Assembly (NCBI GenBank): GCA_002408565.1
Contig: DHTA01000005.1
Location: 178,383-242,382, forward strand
Reading direction: 5' to 3'
Length of the DNA: 64,000 nt
Origin: Patescibacteria group bacterium UBA5272
GTDB taxonomy: Bacteria; Patescibacteriota; Minisyncoccia; Phycocordibacterales; UBA5272
Below the pieces are notes generated by a model. That model did not search any database. It was given only the letters and a program-made list of their open reading frames with translations, and was not told where the DNA came from. The translations under genes were made by a program, and so were the position numbers. Positions 37,815 through 48,044 of this stretch are shown one piece after another (the first letter of the stretch is position 1; each line of letters starts with the position of its first letter).

Positions 37815-38135
37815 TTAAATACCTAGCTGCATTCTCAATTCTTCACTTGGCTCCCAAGGTTCACTAAAGTCTAAGTCTACTTGTATTTCACCAAAATTTA
37901 AAGAGTTAGCCTTGAGTTCTACATCTTCGATTATTTTGTCAGCAAATGGACACATGACACTTGTTAAAGTCATAGTGATTTTAATAAAGTCATAAACCTT
38001 AAATTCTTCTAAATATTCTCCGATTTCTATTTTTTTAATCAAACCAAGAGAAACTATATCTATACCCAATTCCGGATCTGGAATACCTTTTAAAATTTCT
38101 AAGATTTTTTGTTTAATTTCTTTTTCTTCTAACAT
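37815..38135 (-). CDS. sufT: SufT/DUF59 Fe-S assembly protein
   Basis: DPELGIDIVSLGLI, MTLTSVMCP, PWEP. Confidence 0.85.
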   Translation of the reverse strand: MLEEKEIKQKILEILKGIPDPELGIDIVSLGLIKKIEIGEYLEEFKVYDFIKITMTLTSVMCPFADKIIEDVELKANSLNFGEIQVDLDFSEPWEPSEELRMQLGI

Positions 38136-38824
38136 AATTTTAAGTGATTATTTTCCATTTCGTATTTTCTATCTAATTTTATTAGATCTTCCAATTTTTC
38201 CCTGTGAGAAACTAAACAAAAAGCTGTGCCTTCTTTTTTAAAATCGTTAATAATTTTAAAAACTTTTTCAATAGCATTTTTGTCTACTCCAGAATCAATT
38301 TCATCCATAAAAACTATTTTTGGTTTCAAAGCAAAAAGGTGAAGCATTTCAGCTTGTTTTTTTTCTCCACCAGAAAAGCCAATATTTAGTTCTCTTTTTA
38401 AGAAACTTTCATCAATATTCTGAGCCTGAGAAAAAGCTATTATTTCTTTATTAAAATCTAAAACCCCTAATGAACTTTCCGGAAAAACATTTTTATATGA
38501 CCTATATAAAAATTGCAAAAGATTCACTCCTTCAATTTCTGGTACATGTTGTAAAGATAAATAAAGTCCATGACGAGCTATTTCAAAAGTTTTTAAATTG
38601 GTGAGATCTATTTTTTCTTCGTCTTTTTCTAAAAGAATTTGTCCTTCAAGAATTTCAAAATTAGGATGTTTAAAAATAGCTGAAAGAAGAGAAGATTTAC
38701 CGGACCCATTTCTCCCAGTGATAGCTACAGCTTCCCCTGAAGAGATTTCTAGGTTTGCATTTTCAACAATCTCTTTTCCACTATCAACAATTTTTACTTT
38801 TAAATTTTTTATTTGCAATTTCAT
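38129..38824 (-). CDS. sufC: Fe-S assembly ABC ATPase SufC
   Basis: GRNGSGKSS, RELNIGFSGGEKK, MDEIDSGVD. Confidence 0.88.
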   Translation of the reverse strand: MKLQIKNLKVKIVDSGKEIVENANLEISSGEAVAITGRNGSGKSSLLSAIFKHPNFEILEGQILLEKDEEKIDLTNLKTFEIARHGLYLSLQHVPEIEGVNLLQFLYRSYKNVFPESSLGVLDFNKEIIAFSQAQNIDESFLKRELNIGFSGGEKKQAEMLHLFALKPKIVFMDEIDSGVDKNAIEKVFKIINDFKKEGTAFCLVSHREKLEDLIKLDRKYEMENNHLKLC

Positions 38825-38825
38825 A

Positions 38826-39212
38826 TTATTTAAGTTTTTTTAAATTATCTGTTAAACATCTATAAGCCAATAAGGCACAATTTATTCTAGAAGGAGAAAT
38901 TTTTACTTTTAATAATTCGTAAATTATGGCTGGCGTCCAAAGTTTTAAATCTTCAAAACTTAATTTTTCATTCTTAATTTTCTCTGTCATCAAGCTCATT
39001 CCCGCCTGAGAAAGAGCGCAACCATTTCCAGACCAAGAAACATTTTGAATTCTTCCATTTTGTAAATCTAAATATAATTCACCAGAATCTCCACAATCCA
39101 CATTTTGTGCATATCCTACACAATCACAATCTGTACAAGCTTTATTTAGCTTGTTTCTTGGGTTCCTATAGTGCTCCAAAATATTCTCTTCGTATAAAAA
39201 ATCGTTATCCAT
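38826..39212 (-). CDS. sufU: SufU/IscU-type scaffold / sulfur acceptor
   Basis: ILEHYRNPRN, N.DCGD, GCALSQA, RINCALL. Confidence 0.88.
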   Translation of the reverse strand: MDNDFLYEENILEHYRNPRNKLNKACTDCDCVGYAQNVDCGDSGELYLDLQNGRIQNVSWSGNGCALSQAGMSLMTEKIKNEKLSFEDLKLWTPAIIYELLKVKISPSRINCALLAYRCLTDNLKKLK

Positions 39213-39234
39213 AGAGAAAAGTTACCATAAAAAC

Positions 39235-40512
39235 CTATTTTTCAAAAACGCTTTTAATCTTTAAAAGGCCTATCAATAAAATGTCTATATCATTTTCCGT
39301 GTTGTAAATATGAAAAGAGATTCGGGTAAGACCACTTGGTATACCAAAATAGTTCATCAGTGGCTCAGCGCAATGATGTCCTGCTCTCACAGAGATATTG
39401 TATCTAGAAAGAATCTCCGCCACATCGTGAGGATGAATCTCTTTTTCATTCAATAAAACCTGGAAAGAAATTATTCCAGAATTTTTATCTGGATCGGCGG
39501 CAAAAGTTTTTATTTGAAAAATGTTTATATACTTTGAATTAAGCTCTTCAACCTTTTCTAAAAAATATTCTACAAGATTTTTAGAGTGAGAGAAACTTTT
39601 TCCTTCAATTTTTCTTAAAAATTTTACCGCCTCACCTTCCCCAATTATTCCAGCAATATTTGGCGTGCCAGCCTCAAAAACTTTTATATCACTACGAAAA
39701 CTAGCCATGTCTCTATCTACTTTAGCCACAATACCTCCTCCGAGAATACTTGGGGTCATTTCTCGAGAAATCTCTCTCCTTATCCAAAGAGCTCCGACCC
39801 CAGTAGGGCCAAAAGCTTTATGAAAAGAAAAATAAGCAGCGTCAACATAATTTCTTAAATTCTGAAAGTTTATCTCAACATGTCCAAAACCAGCGGTCAT
39901 ATCACAAATAACAAAAATATCTTTATTGATTTCTTTTATCTTTCTGGCAATATTTTTAATATCCACAAGAGTACCTGTGACATTGGAAGTCAAAGTAATG
40001 GAAGCTATTTTTGTCTTTTCAGAAATTAAATTTCCCAAATTAGAAATATCTAAATTCAGATCGGAATCTAATTCTAAAAAAATTAGTTCCATTTTTTTAT
40101 TTCTGGCTAATTTCTGAAGAGGCAAAAGAGAAGAGTGGTGTTCTAAAATAGTGGTTAGTATTTCATTATTTTCAAATAAAAAAGGATTCTCCTCATCGTA
40201 AAGAGCTATTAAATCTAAAAGCATATTACTGGATGCTGTAGCCCCGCTCGTCCAAATAATTTCTTCTTCAGAACAGTTGAGATATTCAGATAAAAGCTGT
40301 CTAGAATTTTCAAATTCTAAAGTCGATTTTGTGGCCAATTTAGAAACGGCACGATTAATATTACTTCGATAATTAAAGTAATATTCATTCATTTTATTTA
40401 TTACTGTATCCGGAGTCAGAGAAGACGCAGCTGAGTCTAAATAAATAAGCTCTACATTATTCTCTTTCTTGTAGTTTTCAAAAATTTGAAACTCTTTTTT
40501 AATTTGATCCAT
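39235..40512 (-). CDS. sufS: Cysteine desulfurase SufS
   Basis: YLDSAASS, EHHS, PLP lysine SFHKAFGPTG, FEAGTP, catalytic RAGHHCA. Confidence 0.92.
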   Translation of the reverse strand: MDQIKKEFQIFENYKKENNVELIYLDSAASSLTPDTVINKMNEYYFNYRSNINRAVSKLATKSTLEFENSRQLLSEYLNCSEEEIIWTSGATASSNMLLDLIALYDEENPFLFENNEILTTILEHHSSLLPLQKLARNKKMELIFLELDSDLNLDISNLGNLISEKTKIASITLTSNVTGTLVDIKNIARKIKEINKDIFVICDMTAGFGHVEINFQNLRNYVDAAYFSFHKAFGPTGVGALWIRREISREMTPSILGGGIVAKVDRDMASFRSDIKVFEAGTPNIAGIIGEGEAVKFLRKIEGKSFSHSKNLVEYFLEKVEELNSKYINIFQIKTFAADPDKNSGIISFQVLLNEKEIHPHDVAEILSRYNISVRAGHHCAEPLMNYFGIPSGLTRISFHIYNTENDIDILLIGLLKIKSVFEK

Positions 40513-40519
40513 GCAAAAA

Positions 40520-40918
40520 TTATACCAAATCTTTACTTAAAAGTATTTTTTTAACCTGATCTAATTCAAGTTTAGTTTTTCTACCAACAGTTAATGGCTC
40601 ATTATCAATCAAAGGTACGAGATGAACATGCACATGCGGAACTTGTAACCCCTCTACAATCATAGCCACTCTATCAAAATCTAATAGGCTTTTTAATTTA
40701 ATAGTTAAAATATTTGCTACTCTTCTAGCAACTTGCATTAATTCTGAATACTCATCTTCACTTAGATCAAAAATATATTCTACTTCTCTTTTTGGAATAA
40801 CCAAAGTGTGCCCATCGCGAATAGGATTAATATCTAAAATCGCAAAATATTTTTCATCTTCGTAAACAATATCTCCTGGAATTTCTTTGTTTAAGATTTT
40901 AGTAAAAACGCTAGACAT
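40520..40918 (-). CDS. HIT family hydrolase
   Basis: DINP..GHTLVIPK, VPHVHVHLVP histidine triad. Confidence 0.93.
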   Translation of the reverse strand: MSSVFTKILNKEIPGDIVYEDEKYFAILDINPIRDGHTLVIPKREVEYIFDLSEDEYSELMQVARRVANILTIKLKSLLDFDRVAMIVEGLQVPHVHVHLVPLIDNEPLTVGRKTKLELDQVKKILLSKDLV

Positions 40919-40926
40919 ATTTGTTG

Positions 40927-41010
40927 TGCGCCGAGTTGGATTTGAACCAACGTAGCCCGAAGGGCGACAGATTTACAGTCTGTTGTAATTGACCACTCTA
41001 CCATCGACGC
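40927..41010 (-). tRNA. tRNA-Tyr(GTA)
   Basis: Reverse complement GCGTCGATGGTAGAGTGGTC...ACAGA-CTGTAAA-TCTGT, variable arm GCCCTTCGGGC, GGTTCAAATCC, TCGGCGCA. Confidence 0.95.
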
Positions 41011-41107
41011 ATACTTAAAAATCAAAATAAATAAATTTAAAAGGATTTTCAAGTTAAAAAATTATATCATAAGTAGAAAATTAAGGCAAAGAGATTTTTA
41101 GAAAACT

Positions 41108-43774
41108 CTATTTTTTCAAAGCTTTTTTTAGATATTGTCCTGTATAAGATTCTTTTATATTTGCCACATATTCTGGAGTACCCTGTGCCACAATTTTCCC
41201 CCCTCCGCTACCTCCTTCCGGACCAATATCAATAATATGATCAGCGTTTTTAATAATATCTAAATTATGTTCTATCACTACCACCGTGTTTCCTTGATCA
41301 ACCAATTTGTTTAAAATTTCTAAAAGCTTTTTAACGTCTTCATAATGCAAACCAATAGAAGGTTCATCCAAAAGATAAATTGTTTTTTCAGTATGCTGAC
41401 GATAGAGTTCGCTAGAAATTTTTACTCTTTGAGCTTCCCCTCCGGAAAGAGTGGTGGCACTTTGGCCTAATTCTAAATAACCAAGCCCTACGTCATTTAA
41501 AGTTTTTAATCTATCATAAACAGCTGGGATGGCTCCAAAAAACTTTAAAGCTTCTTCTACAGGCATACAAAGCACATCGTAAATACTCTTATTTTTATAT
41601 TTTACTTCTAGAGTTTCTTTGGTAAATCTTTTACCATTACAAATATCACAAGTTACATAGACTGTTGGCAAAAAGTGCATCTCTACAGCAATTTCTCCAT
41701 TTCCTTCACAAGCTTCACAACGTCCTCCTGCACGATTAAAAGAAAATCTAGAAGCATTCCAACCACGAATTCTGGCTTCTTCAGTGTTAGCAAACAAATC
41801 ACGGATATGAGTCCAAGCTCCTGTGTAGGTTACAGGATTACTTCTGGGAGTCCTTCCAATTGGAGATTGATCAATAAGAATAACACGAGAAAGATATTCT
41901 GTTCCAATTATTTCCTCACAGTTAAAAACTTTAGCTGTTCTATGTTTTCGCTCAAGTCTTCCTAAAAGGTTTTTATAAAGTATTTCATACATAAAACTAG
42001 ATTTTCCAGATCCAGAAACACCAGTGATCACATTAAATTTTCCCAAAGGGACTTTAACATTCATTTTCTTAATATTATATATTTGTCCATTTTTAATAGA
42101 AATAAAAGCTCCATTTCCTTCTCTGCGCTTTTTAGGAATTTCAATTTTTTCTTCTCCTCGCAAATAAGCCAAGGTTAAAGATTTACTTTTTTTAGTTTTG
42201 TCTACAAGATAATCTTCCAAATATCCAGAAAGTAAAATTTCTCCGCCATGTATACCAGCTCCAGGACCAATATCTACAATATAATCGCTAGCATAAATAG
42301 TGTCTTCGTCATGCTCTACCACAATAATGGTGTTCCCCATATCTCGAAGTTCAGTCAGAGTATTTATTAATTTATCATTATCTCTTTGATGAAGACCTAT
42401 AGTTGGCTCATCTAAAACATACAAAGCTCCGACCAATTTACTTCCTAACTGTGAAGCCAAACGGATTCTTTGAGCTTCTCCTCCGGAAAGAGTGTCCGCT
42501 TTACGGTTTAGACTTAAATAATTCAGTCCAACATTTAACATAAATTCCAACCGAGATTCAATCTCATTTACCATCAACCCAGCAATTTCTAATTCTTTTT
42601 TTGTAAAAACTTTTTTGACATTTTCAAAATATTTTTCCGCCTCTTCAATAGTTAAAGATGTAATTTCTACAATATTTTTTTTAAATTCTTTATTTTTGTC
42701 TCCCAAGAAAACATTTAAAGCTTCTTTTCTTAATCTCAAACCTTTACAATCTGGGCAATTTTCTGAAGACCCAAAATATTTTACCCCTAAACCGTTGCAA
42801 GTAAGACAAGCCCCATAAGGAGAGTTGAAAGAAAAAAGTCTCGGTTCAATCTCTGGAAAAGAGAAACCACAGTTGGCGCAAGCAAATTTATTGCTCACAA
42901 TAAATTTGTCTTGCTCCCCTTCCTCGTTTACCATTTCGACTTCTACCAATCCATCAGCTTCCTCTAAAGCTCTTTCAATAGATTCAGAAAGACGTACCAT
43001 AGCATCCTTTTTGCTGACTAAAAGTTTTAGCTCATCTAACAAAATAAAATCTACAATAAAAGATATGTTGTGTTTTTTAGTTTTAGTTAATTCTATTCTT
43101 TCGCGTAAATTTTTCTTTTCTCCATCAATCACCACCTCTTTATATCCTTTACCGAGCATATCATAAAGAAGCTGATAATACTCCCCTTTTCTGCCACGAA
43201 TTTTAGGAGCTAAAATTCTAACTCCAAAATCTGAAAATTTCACTCCTTGAATACTCTTAATTTTAGTTTCAAATTTTCTATAATCTATTTTTTGAACTTT
43301 TTCTAAAATAAAATTAATAATCTCATCATTAGAAAGTTTCTCAATTTTACTTCCACATTCAATACAATAAGGTTTTCCAACTCTAGCATACAAAACTCTT
43401 AAATAATCATAGATTTCAGTAATAGTCGCCACAGTAGAACGAGGATTTCTTCCGGCTGACTTTTGGTCAATAGAAATTGCTGGAGAAAGACCTGTTATCT
43501 CATCAACATCTGGTTTTTGCATTTGATTTAAAAAATGTCTGGCATAAGCGGAAAGTGATTCCACATATCTTCTTTGCCCTTCAGCAAAAATAGTATCAAA
43601 AGCCAAAGAAGACTTACCGCTTCCAGAAAGTCCTGTGAAAACAGTTAATTTATTCCTTGGTATTTCCACGTTTACATTTTTTAAGTTGTGAGTCCGGGCA
43701 CCACGAACAACAATCTTTTTATCAAGACTTTCTTCTATTTTTTTCTTTTTATTCTTCTCTATCATTTTTGTCAT
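41108..43774 (-). CDS. uvrA: Excinuclease ABC subunit A
   Basis: GARTHNLK, GLSGSGKSSLAFDTIFAEGQRRY, two LSGGEAQR signatures, zinc fingers. Confidence 0.97.
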   Translation of the reverse strand: MTKMIEKNKKKKIEESLDKKIVVRGARTHNLKNVNVEIPRNKLTVFTGLSGSGKSSLAFDTIFAEGQRRYVESLSAYARHFLNQMQKPDVDEITGLSPAISIDQKSAGRNPRSTVATITEIYDYLRVLYARVGKPYCIECGSKIEKLSNDEIINFILEKVQKIDYRKFETKIKSIQGVKFSDFGVRILAPKIRGRKGEYYQLLYDMLGKGYKEVVIDGEKKNLRERIELTKTKKHNISFIVDFILLDELKLLVSKKDAMVRLSESIERALEEADGLVEVEMVNEEGEQDKFIVSNKFACANCGFSFPEIEPRLFSFNSPYGACLTCNGLGVKYFGSSENCPDCKGLRLRKEALNVFLGDKNKEFKKNIVEITSLTIEEAEKYFENVKKVFTKKELEIAGLMVNEIESRLEFMLNVGLNYLSLNRKADTLSGGEAQRIRLASQLGSKLVGALYVLDEPTIGLHQRDNDKLINTLTELRDMGNTIIVVEHDEDTIYASDYIVDIGPGAGIHGGEILLSGYLEDYLVDKTKKSKSLTLAYLRGEEKIEIPKKRREGNGAFISIKNGQIYNIKKMNVKVPLGKFNVITGVSGSGKSSFMYEILYKNLLGRLERKHRTAKVFNCEEIIGTEYLSRVILIDQSPIGRTPRSNPVTYTGAWTHIRDLFANTEEARIRGWNASRFSFNRAGGRCEACEGNGEIAVEMHFLPTVYVTCDICNGKRFTKETLEVKYKNKSIYDVLCMPVEEALKFFGAIPAVYDRLKTLNDVGLGYLELGQSATTLSGGEAQRVKISSELYRQHTEKTIYLLDEPSIGLHYEDVKKLLEILNKLVDQGNTVVVIEHNLDIIKNADHIIDIGPEGGSGGGKIVAQGTPEYVANIKESYTGQYLKKALKK

Positions 43775-43849
43775 CGTCTTATAATAGCATTTATGTATTA
43801 TTTTGAAAACAGATTTGTAAAGATAAGTCTTGATATTAAAGACGCAAAT

Positions 43850-43877
43850 AAAAAACCCAAATAATTTGGGTTTTTTA
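43850..43877. terminator. Intrinsic terminator
   Basis: AAAAAACCCAAAT-A-ATTTGGGTTTTTT. Confidence 0.8.
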
Positions 43878-43902
43878 AACTTATAAATATTAATTAATCG
43901 GT

Positions 43903-44583
43903 TTAAGCACTGATTTCATCAACGCCTTTTATAACAGGATTGTCAGCTGGAATCTCACCAACAGAAGAATTTATAATTTCAAAAGATCTAATCATGTCTT
44001 TTGCGTCTTGCTTAGCTTCATCGCTATCATATTTTTCATTTTCTACAATAGCTAACCAGCCACTTCCATCCTCAACCTTAACTTCTTGAACATAATATTC
44101 TGTATTAATATTTTCATCAACAACATGTTTGACGACAATATCTGAATTGCCTGCAAACTTCACATCTTCTACCACAACTTCTGGATTAGTTTTCTTAAAA
44201 ACTTCGTTAATATAATCTTCAGCTGAATAGCCTCTACCACCTTCAAAAGTTATGTAAAGAGTAACATAATTATTTTCTTCAGCATCAAAAAGTTTAAACC
44301 AATTTGATTGGGTAAGAACTCCCTGAACAACTTTATTCTCTTTTTTGTGCAAGAAAGAGAAATCTAAAACATATTCCCCTTCAAATATAGCAACTTGCTT
44401 TCCTTCAAATTTTGTATAATCTTCGCTATTGGCAATATCAATCTCTTTTTCACCACCACCATTCCAGATTTTTAAAGATTTACCCTCTAAACCTCTGTAA
44501 ACGAAAAGACCGATTAATAAAAGTACTACCGCCCCAATAGCCCACCAAAATGTCTTATTATTCTTAATATCTATCTTTTTCAT
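43903..44583 (-). CDS. Hypothetical membrane-anchored extracytoplasmic protein
   Basis: One N-terminal TM (WWAIGAVVLLLIGLFVY) followed by an acidic soluble domain. Confidence 0.75.
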   Translation of the reverse strand: MKKIDIKNNKTFWWAIGAVVLLLIGLFVYRGLEGKSLKIWNGGGEKEIDIANSEDYTKFEGKQVAIFEGEYVLDFSFLHKKENKVVQGVLTQSNWFKLFDAEENNYVTLYITFEGGRGYSAEDYINEVFKKTNPEVVVEDVKFAGNSDIVVKHVVDENINTEYYVQEVKVEDGSGWLAIVENEKYDSDEAKQDAKDMIRSFEIINSSVGEIPADNPVIKGVDEISA

Positions 44584-44703
44584 ATATTTTTCTATATTTT
44601 CTGTTTATATAATAAACATTCTAGCATATATGTTTTTTTTTGCACTCTTGATTTTTAATAGATTTATTTTATGCTTTCAGTCTCAAAATTCTGTATTTTT
44701 CCT

Positions 44704-46731
44704 CTATTTTCCTAATTTTTCCTTCAAAGCCATAATTCCGTCACGGAGTATGGCGGCGGTTTCAAAATCTAAATCTTTTACAGCTTTCGCCATTTGTTTT
44801 TCTTTCAATTTGATTAATTTATCAGGATTTTTCTTAAATAATTTTTTATCAGTTTCTAATTCTAAAGCTAAAGATTTTTCATGATCCTTCTTCAAACCTT
44901 CAGTGATATCCTGAATATTTTTGACAATGGTTTTAGGAGTAATATTATGTTTTTTGTTATATTCAAGTTGTATTTTTCTTCTTCTTTCAGTTTCCTTAAT
45001 GGCTTTGTCTAAAGATTTAGTCAAAACGTCAGCATACAAAATAACTCTACCTTCTACATTTCTAGCTGCGCGCCCAATAGTTTGGATTAAGGAAGTTTCA
45101 TTTCTTAAAAACCCTTCTTTATCGGCATCCAAAATCCCAATCAAAGAAACTTCTGGTAAATCCAAACCTTCACGAAGTAAGTTGACTCCAACCAAACAGT
45201 CAAATTCACCCTTTCTGAGTCGAGTTAAAATTTCTATTCGATCTAAAGTTTCTATATCACTATGCAAATATTCCGCCCTAATCTTTTTTTCTTTCAAAAA
45301 ATCTGCCAAATTTTCTGCCATTTTTTTAGTCAAAGTCGTAGCCAAAACTCTTCTTCCAGTCTTAATTTCTTTAACGGCTTCAGTAATAAAATCATAGACC
45401 TGACCAGGATATTTACCTTTTTCCATTACTGGACGTATTTCTAATTTTGGATCTAACAGACCTGTAGGACGAATAATTTGTTCTACTATTTTATTAGAAT
45501 TCTCTTTTTCATATTCTCCCGGGGTGGCAGAAACATAAATCACATCGTTAATTTTCTTTTCAAATTCTTCATATTTTAGAGGTCTATTATCTTTAGCTGA
45601 AGGTAAACGAAACCCAAAATCCACCAAAGTCTGCTTTCGAGATCTGTCACCACTAAACATTCCGCGAATTTGAGGCAAAGTCACATGTGATTCATCAACA
45701 ATAGTCAAAAAATCTCTCCCGTCTAAATTAAAATAATCTAACAAAGTATCAGGAGCTTCCCCTTCTTTTTTTTCAGAAAAATGTCGAGAATAGTTCTCTA
45801 TACCTGAACAATACCCAAACTCCTTTATACTCGCCAAATCGTATTGGGTTCTTCTTTTAAGTCTTTCAACTTCCAAAAGTTTACCTTCTTTTTTTAATTC
45901 TTTTAATCTTTGTTTTAATTCTTCCTGAATACTTTTTAAAGCTTTTTCTTGGGTGACTTTATCTGAAATAAAATGTTTTGCAGGAAAAATAAAATAATCT
46001 TCAAACTCTTCCAATTCACGCATAGAAATAGGATCAGTAATTATCAGCTTTTCTATTTTTCCATTGTTTAATTCTATTTGAATCATAAAAGTCTCACTCA
46101 TTGGCATAATATCAATTCTATTACCGATAGTTCTAAATGTTCCAGGAGACAAATCAGCATTTGTTCTTTTATAATGGATTCCAACAAACATTTTCATAAG
46201 TTCAACCTTGGAAATCTTTTGTCCTACAAAAATTTTCTTATTTACTTTTTCATACTCTATTGGTGAACCGAGACCATAAATACAAGAAACTGAAGCTACA
46301 ATTATCACATCATTTCGAGTTAAAAGTGATTGAGTAGAGGCGTGACGAAGCCTATCTATCTCTTCATTGATTTGAGCATCTTTTTCAATATAAGTATCTG
46401 TGGTAGGTAAATAAGCTTCTGGCTGATAATAATCGTAATAAGACACAAAATAATGTACAGCGTTATCTGGAAAAAAAGTTTTAAACTCTTGAGCCAATTG
46501 AGCAGCTAAAGTTTTGTTGTGGGCTATAACCAAAGTAGGCTTTTGGACCTTTTCTATGACATTAGCTATAGTAAATGTTTTGCCTGTCCCAGTTGCTCCA
46601 AGCAGGGTCAATTTCATCTTATCTTTATCTGATTTTTGAATTTTTTTTACCAAATCTAAAATCGCCTTAGGCTGATCACCAGCTGGTTTTAAATCTGTTT
46701 TTAGTATAAATTTTTTATTTTCTTTTATCAC
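44704..46731 (-). CDS. uvrB: Excinuclease ABC subunit B
   Basis: PAGDQP, GATGTGKT, FVSYYDYYQPEAY, VDESH, NLLREGLD, C-terminal UVR domain. Probable GTG start at 46731. Confidence 0.97.
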   Translation of the reverse strand: MIKENKKFILKTDLKPAGDQPKAILDLVKKIQKSDKDKMKLTLLGATGTGKTFTIANVIEKVQKPTLVIAHNKTLAAQLAQEFKTFFPDNAVHYFVSYYDYYQPEAYLPTTDTYIEKDAQINEEIDRLRHASTQSLLTRNDVIIVASVSCIYGLGSPIEYEKVNKKIFVGQKISKVELMKMFVGIHYKRTNADLSPGTFRTIGNRIDIMPMSETFMIQIELNNGKIEKLIITDPISMRELEEFEDYFIFPAKHFISDKVTQEKALKSIQEELKQRLKELKKEGKLLEVERLKRRTQYDLASIKEFGYCSGIENYSRHFSEKKEGEAPDTLLDYFNLDGRDFLTIVDESHVTLPQIRGMFSGDRSRKQTLVDFGFRLPSAKDNRPLKYEEFEKKINDVIYVSATPGEYEKENSNKIVEQIIRPTGLLDPKLEIRPVMEKGKYPGQVYDFITEAVKEIKTGRRVLATTLTKKMAENLADFLKEKKIRAEYLHSDIETLDRIEILTRLRKGEFDCLVGVNLLREGLDLPEVSLIGILDADKEGFLRNETSLIQTIGRAARNVEGRVILYADVLTKSLDKAIKETERRRKIQLEYNKKHNITPKTIVKNIQDITEGLKKDHEKSLALELETDKKLFKKNPDKLIKLKEKQMAKAVKDLDFETAAILRDGIMALKEKLGK

Positions 46732-46768
46732 AAACAAATGATAGCAAAATTCAGACAAAAGAAAAAGA

Positions 46769-47800
46769 TTATTCGCTTAAATATTTTAAACCAGTTTTTT
46801 CAGATCGAACCTTAACCTCTTTAATTAGTTCTATGTTTTTTAACACTTCTTCTCCTATCACCTCTTTAGTGAACTTAAAATTTACACCTAAACCATTTTT
46901 TACATCTTCTTCAAACCATTGATCAAAAATATAATTACCGAGTGAATAATAAATATATTTGTCTTTATAGATTTCACTTTCTTCTATAACATGAGGATGC
47001 CCGCCAATTACCATATCTGCTCCAGCATCAATCCATTTATAGGCTAAATATTTTTGATTTTCAGTAGAAGTGGTTTTATACTCAGTTCCCCAATGGGGCA
47101 TCACTATCACAAAATCAACTTTTTCATTTGCTTTAAATTTTTGAATTTCCATTTCTATTCTTTCGCTATCGTTATCTCTCGTAAATTCATGATAACCAAT
47201 ATATCCTATACAAATATCTTTTTCACAAAAAATATCTCCTAAACTTTCCATCTCTCTATCGTTGTAAGGATTTCCAAAATAAAAAATTTTAGCATCGTCT
47301 AAATAGGCTTTTGTTTCTTGAAATCCTTTATTGTAAAAATTATCTGTATGATTATTTGCTAAAGAAATAGTCTTAATATTTAGAATATTTAAAATCTCTG
47401 GAGTAGAGGTTGGAAAAGTAAAATGAAGTAACCCGGTATAGCTACCATCGTCTCTATATGTCTTGGTTTTGTTTTCAGTAATTGGACCTTCAAGATTAGC
47501 AACTACATAATCATATCTAGCATTTTCTTCTTTAAAATTTCCTAAAAAGTTACTAACAAAATTCTTTGGAGTTTCATGTTCGTTTATAATCTTTCTAATA
47601 TTTCTATCTAACATTATGTCACCTACAAAGAGAATACTTAATTCGTTCTTTTTATTTTTAACATCTTTCTCAGTTTCTATCTCTGGAATATTTTCATAAT
47701 ATCTATAACCATAATTTTTATCTATAAAATAATAAGCTACAAATAGTCCCGGAATCACAAAAAGAGTTAAAATTACTTTAGTAAAAGTATTTAATTTCAT
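46769..47800 (-). CDS. CapA (PGA_cap) family metallophosphoesterase-like protein
   Basis: GDIM, NLEGP, LANNH, MPHWG, GGHPH, YSLGN. Confidence 0.9.
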   Translation of the reverse strand: MKLNTFTKVILTLFVIPGLFVAYYFIDKNYGYRYYENIPEIETEKDVKNKKNELSILFVGDIMLDRNIRKIINEHETPKNFVSNFLGNFKEENARYDYVVANLEGPITENKTKTYRDDGSYTGLLHFTFPTSTPEILNILNIKTISLANNHTDNFYNKGFQETKAYLDDAKIFYFGNPYNDREMESLGDIFCEKDICIGYIGYHEFTRDNDSERIEMEIQKFKANEKVDFVIVMPHWGTEYKTTSTENQKYLAYKWIDAGADMVIGGHPHVIEESEIYKDKYIYYSLGNYIFDQWFEEDVKNGLGVNFKFTKEVIGEEVLKNIELIKEVKVRSEKTGLKYLSE

Positions 47801-47824
47801 AATTATGTCTTGATAATAACACAA

Positions 47825-48043
47825 CTATTCAACTTCAGAAAATTTTTCAAGAAATTCCGAAATTGGTCTCACCCAAATTTTTCCAAGCGACGCATCTTCA
47901 TACAAAGCTTTGTAAATCACCACCTCCACTAGATCATATCTCTCATCATTAATTTGTAATTTTCCAACTTCCAAAACTTCATAAAATTTAGTTTTATCTT
48001 TATAGTGAAAATACTTTTTGCCAATTTCAACTTTTGTGAGCAT
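47825..48043 (-). CDS. DUF1653-like small protein
   Basis: YFHYK...YEV...VIYKALY...WVRP..EF pattern. Confidence 0.75.
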   Translation of the reverse strand: MLTKVEIGKKYFHYKDKTKFYEVLEVGKLQINDERYDLVEVVIYKALYEDASLGKIWVRPISEFLEKFSEVE

Positions 48044-48044
48044 A

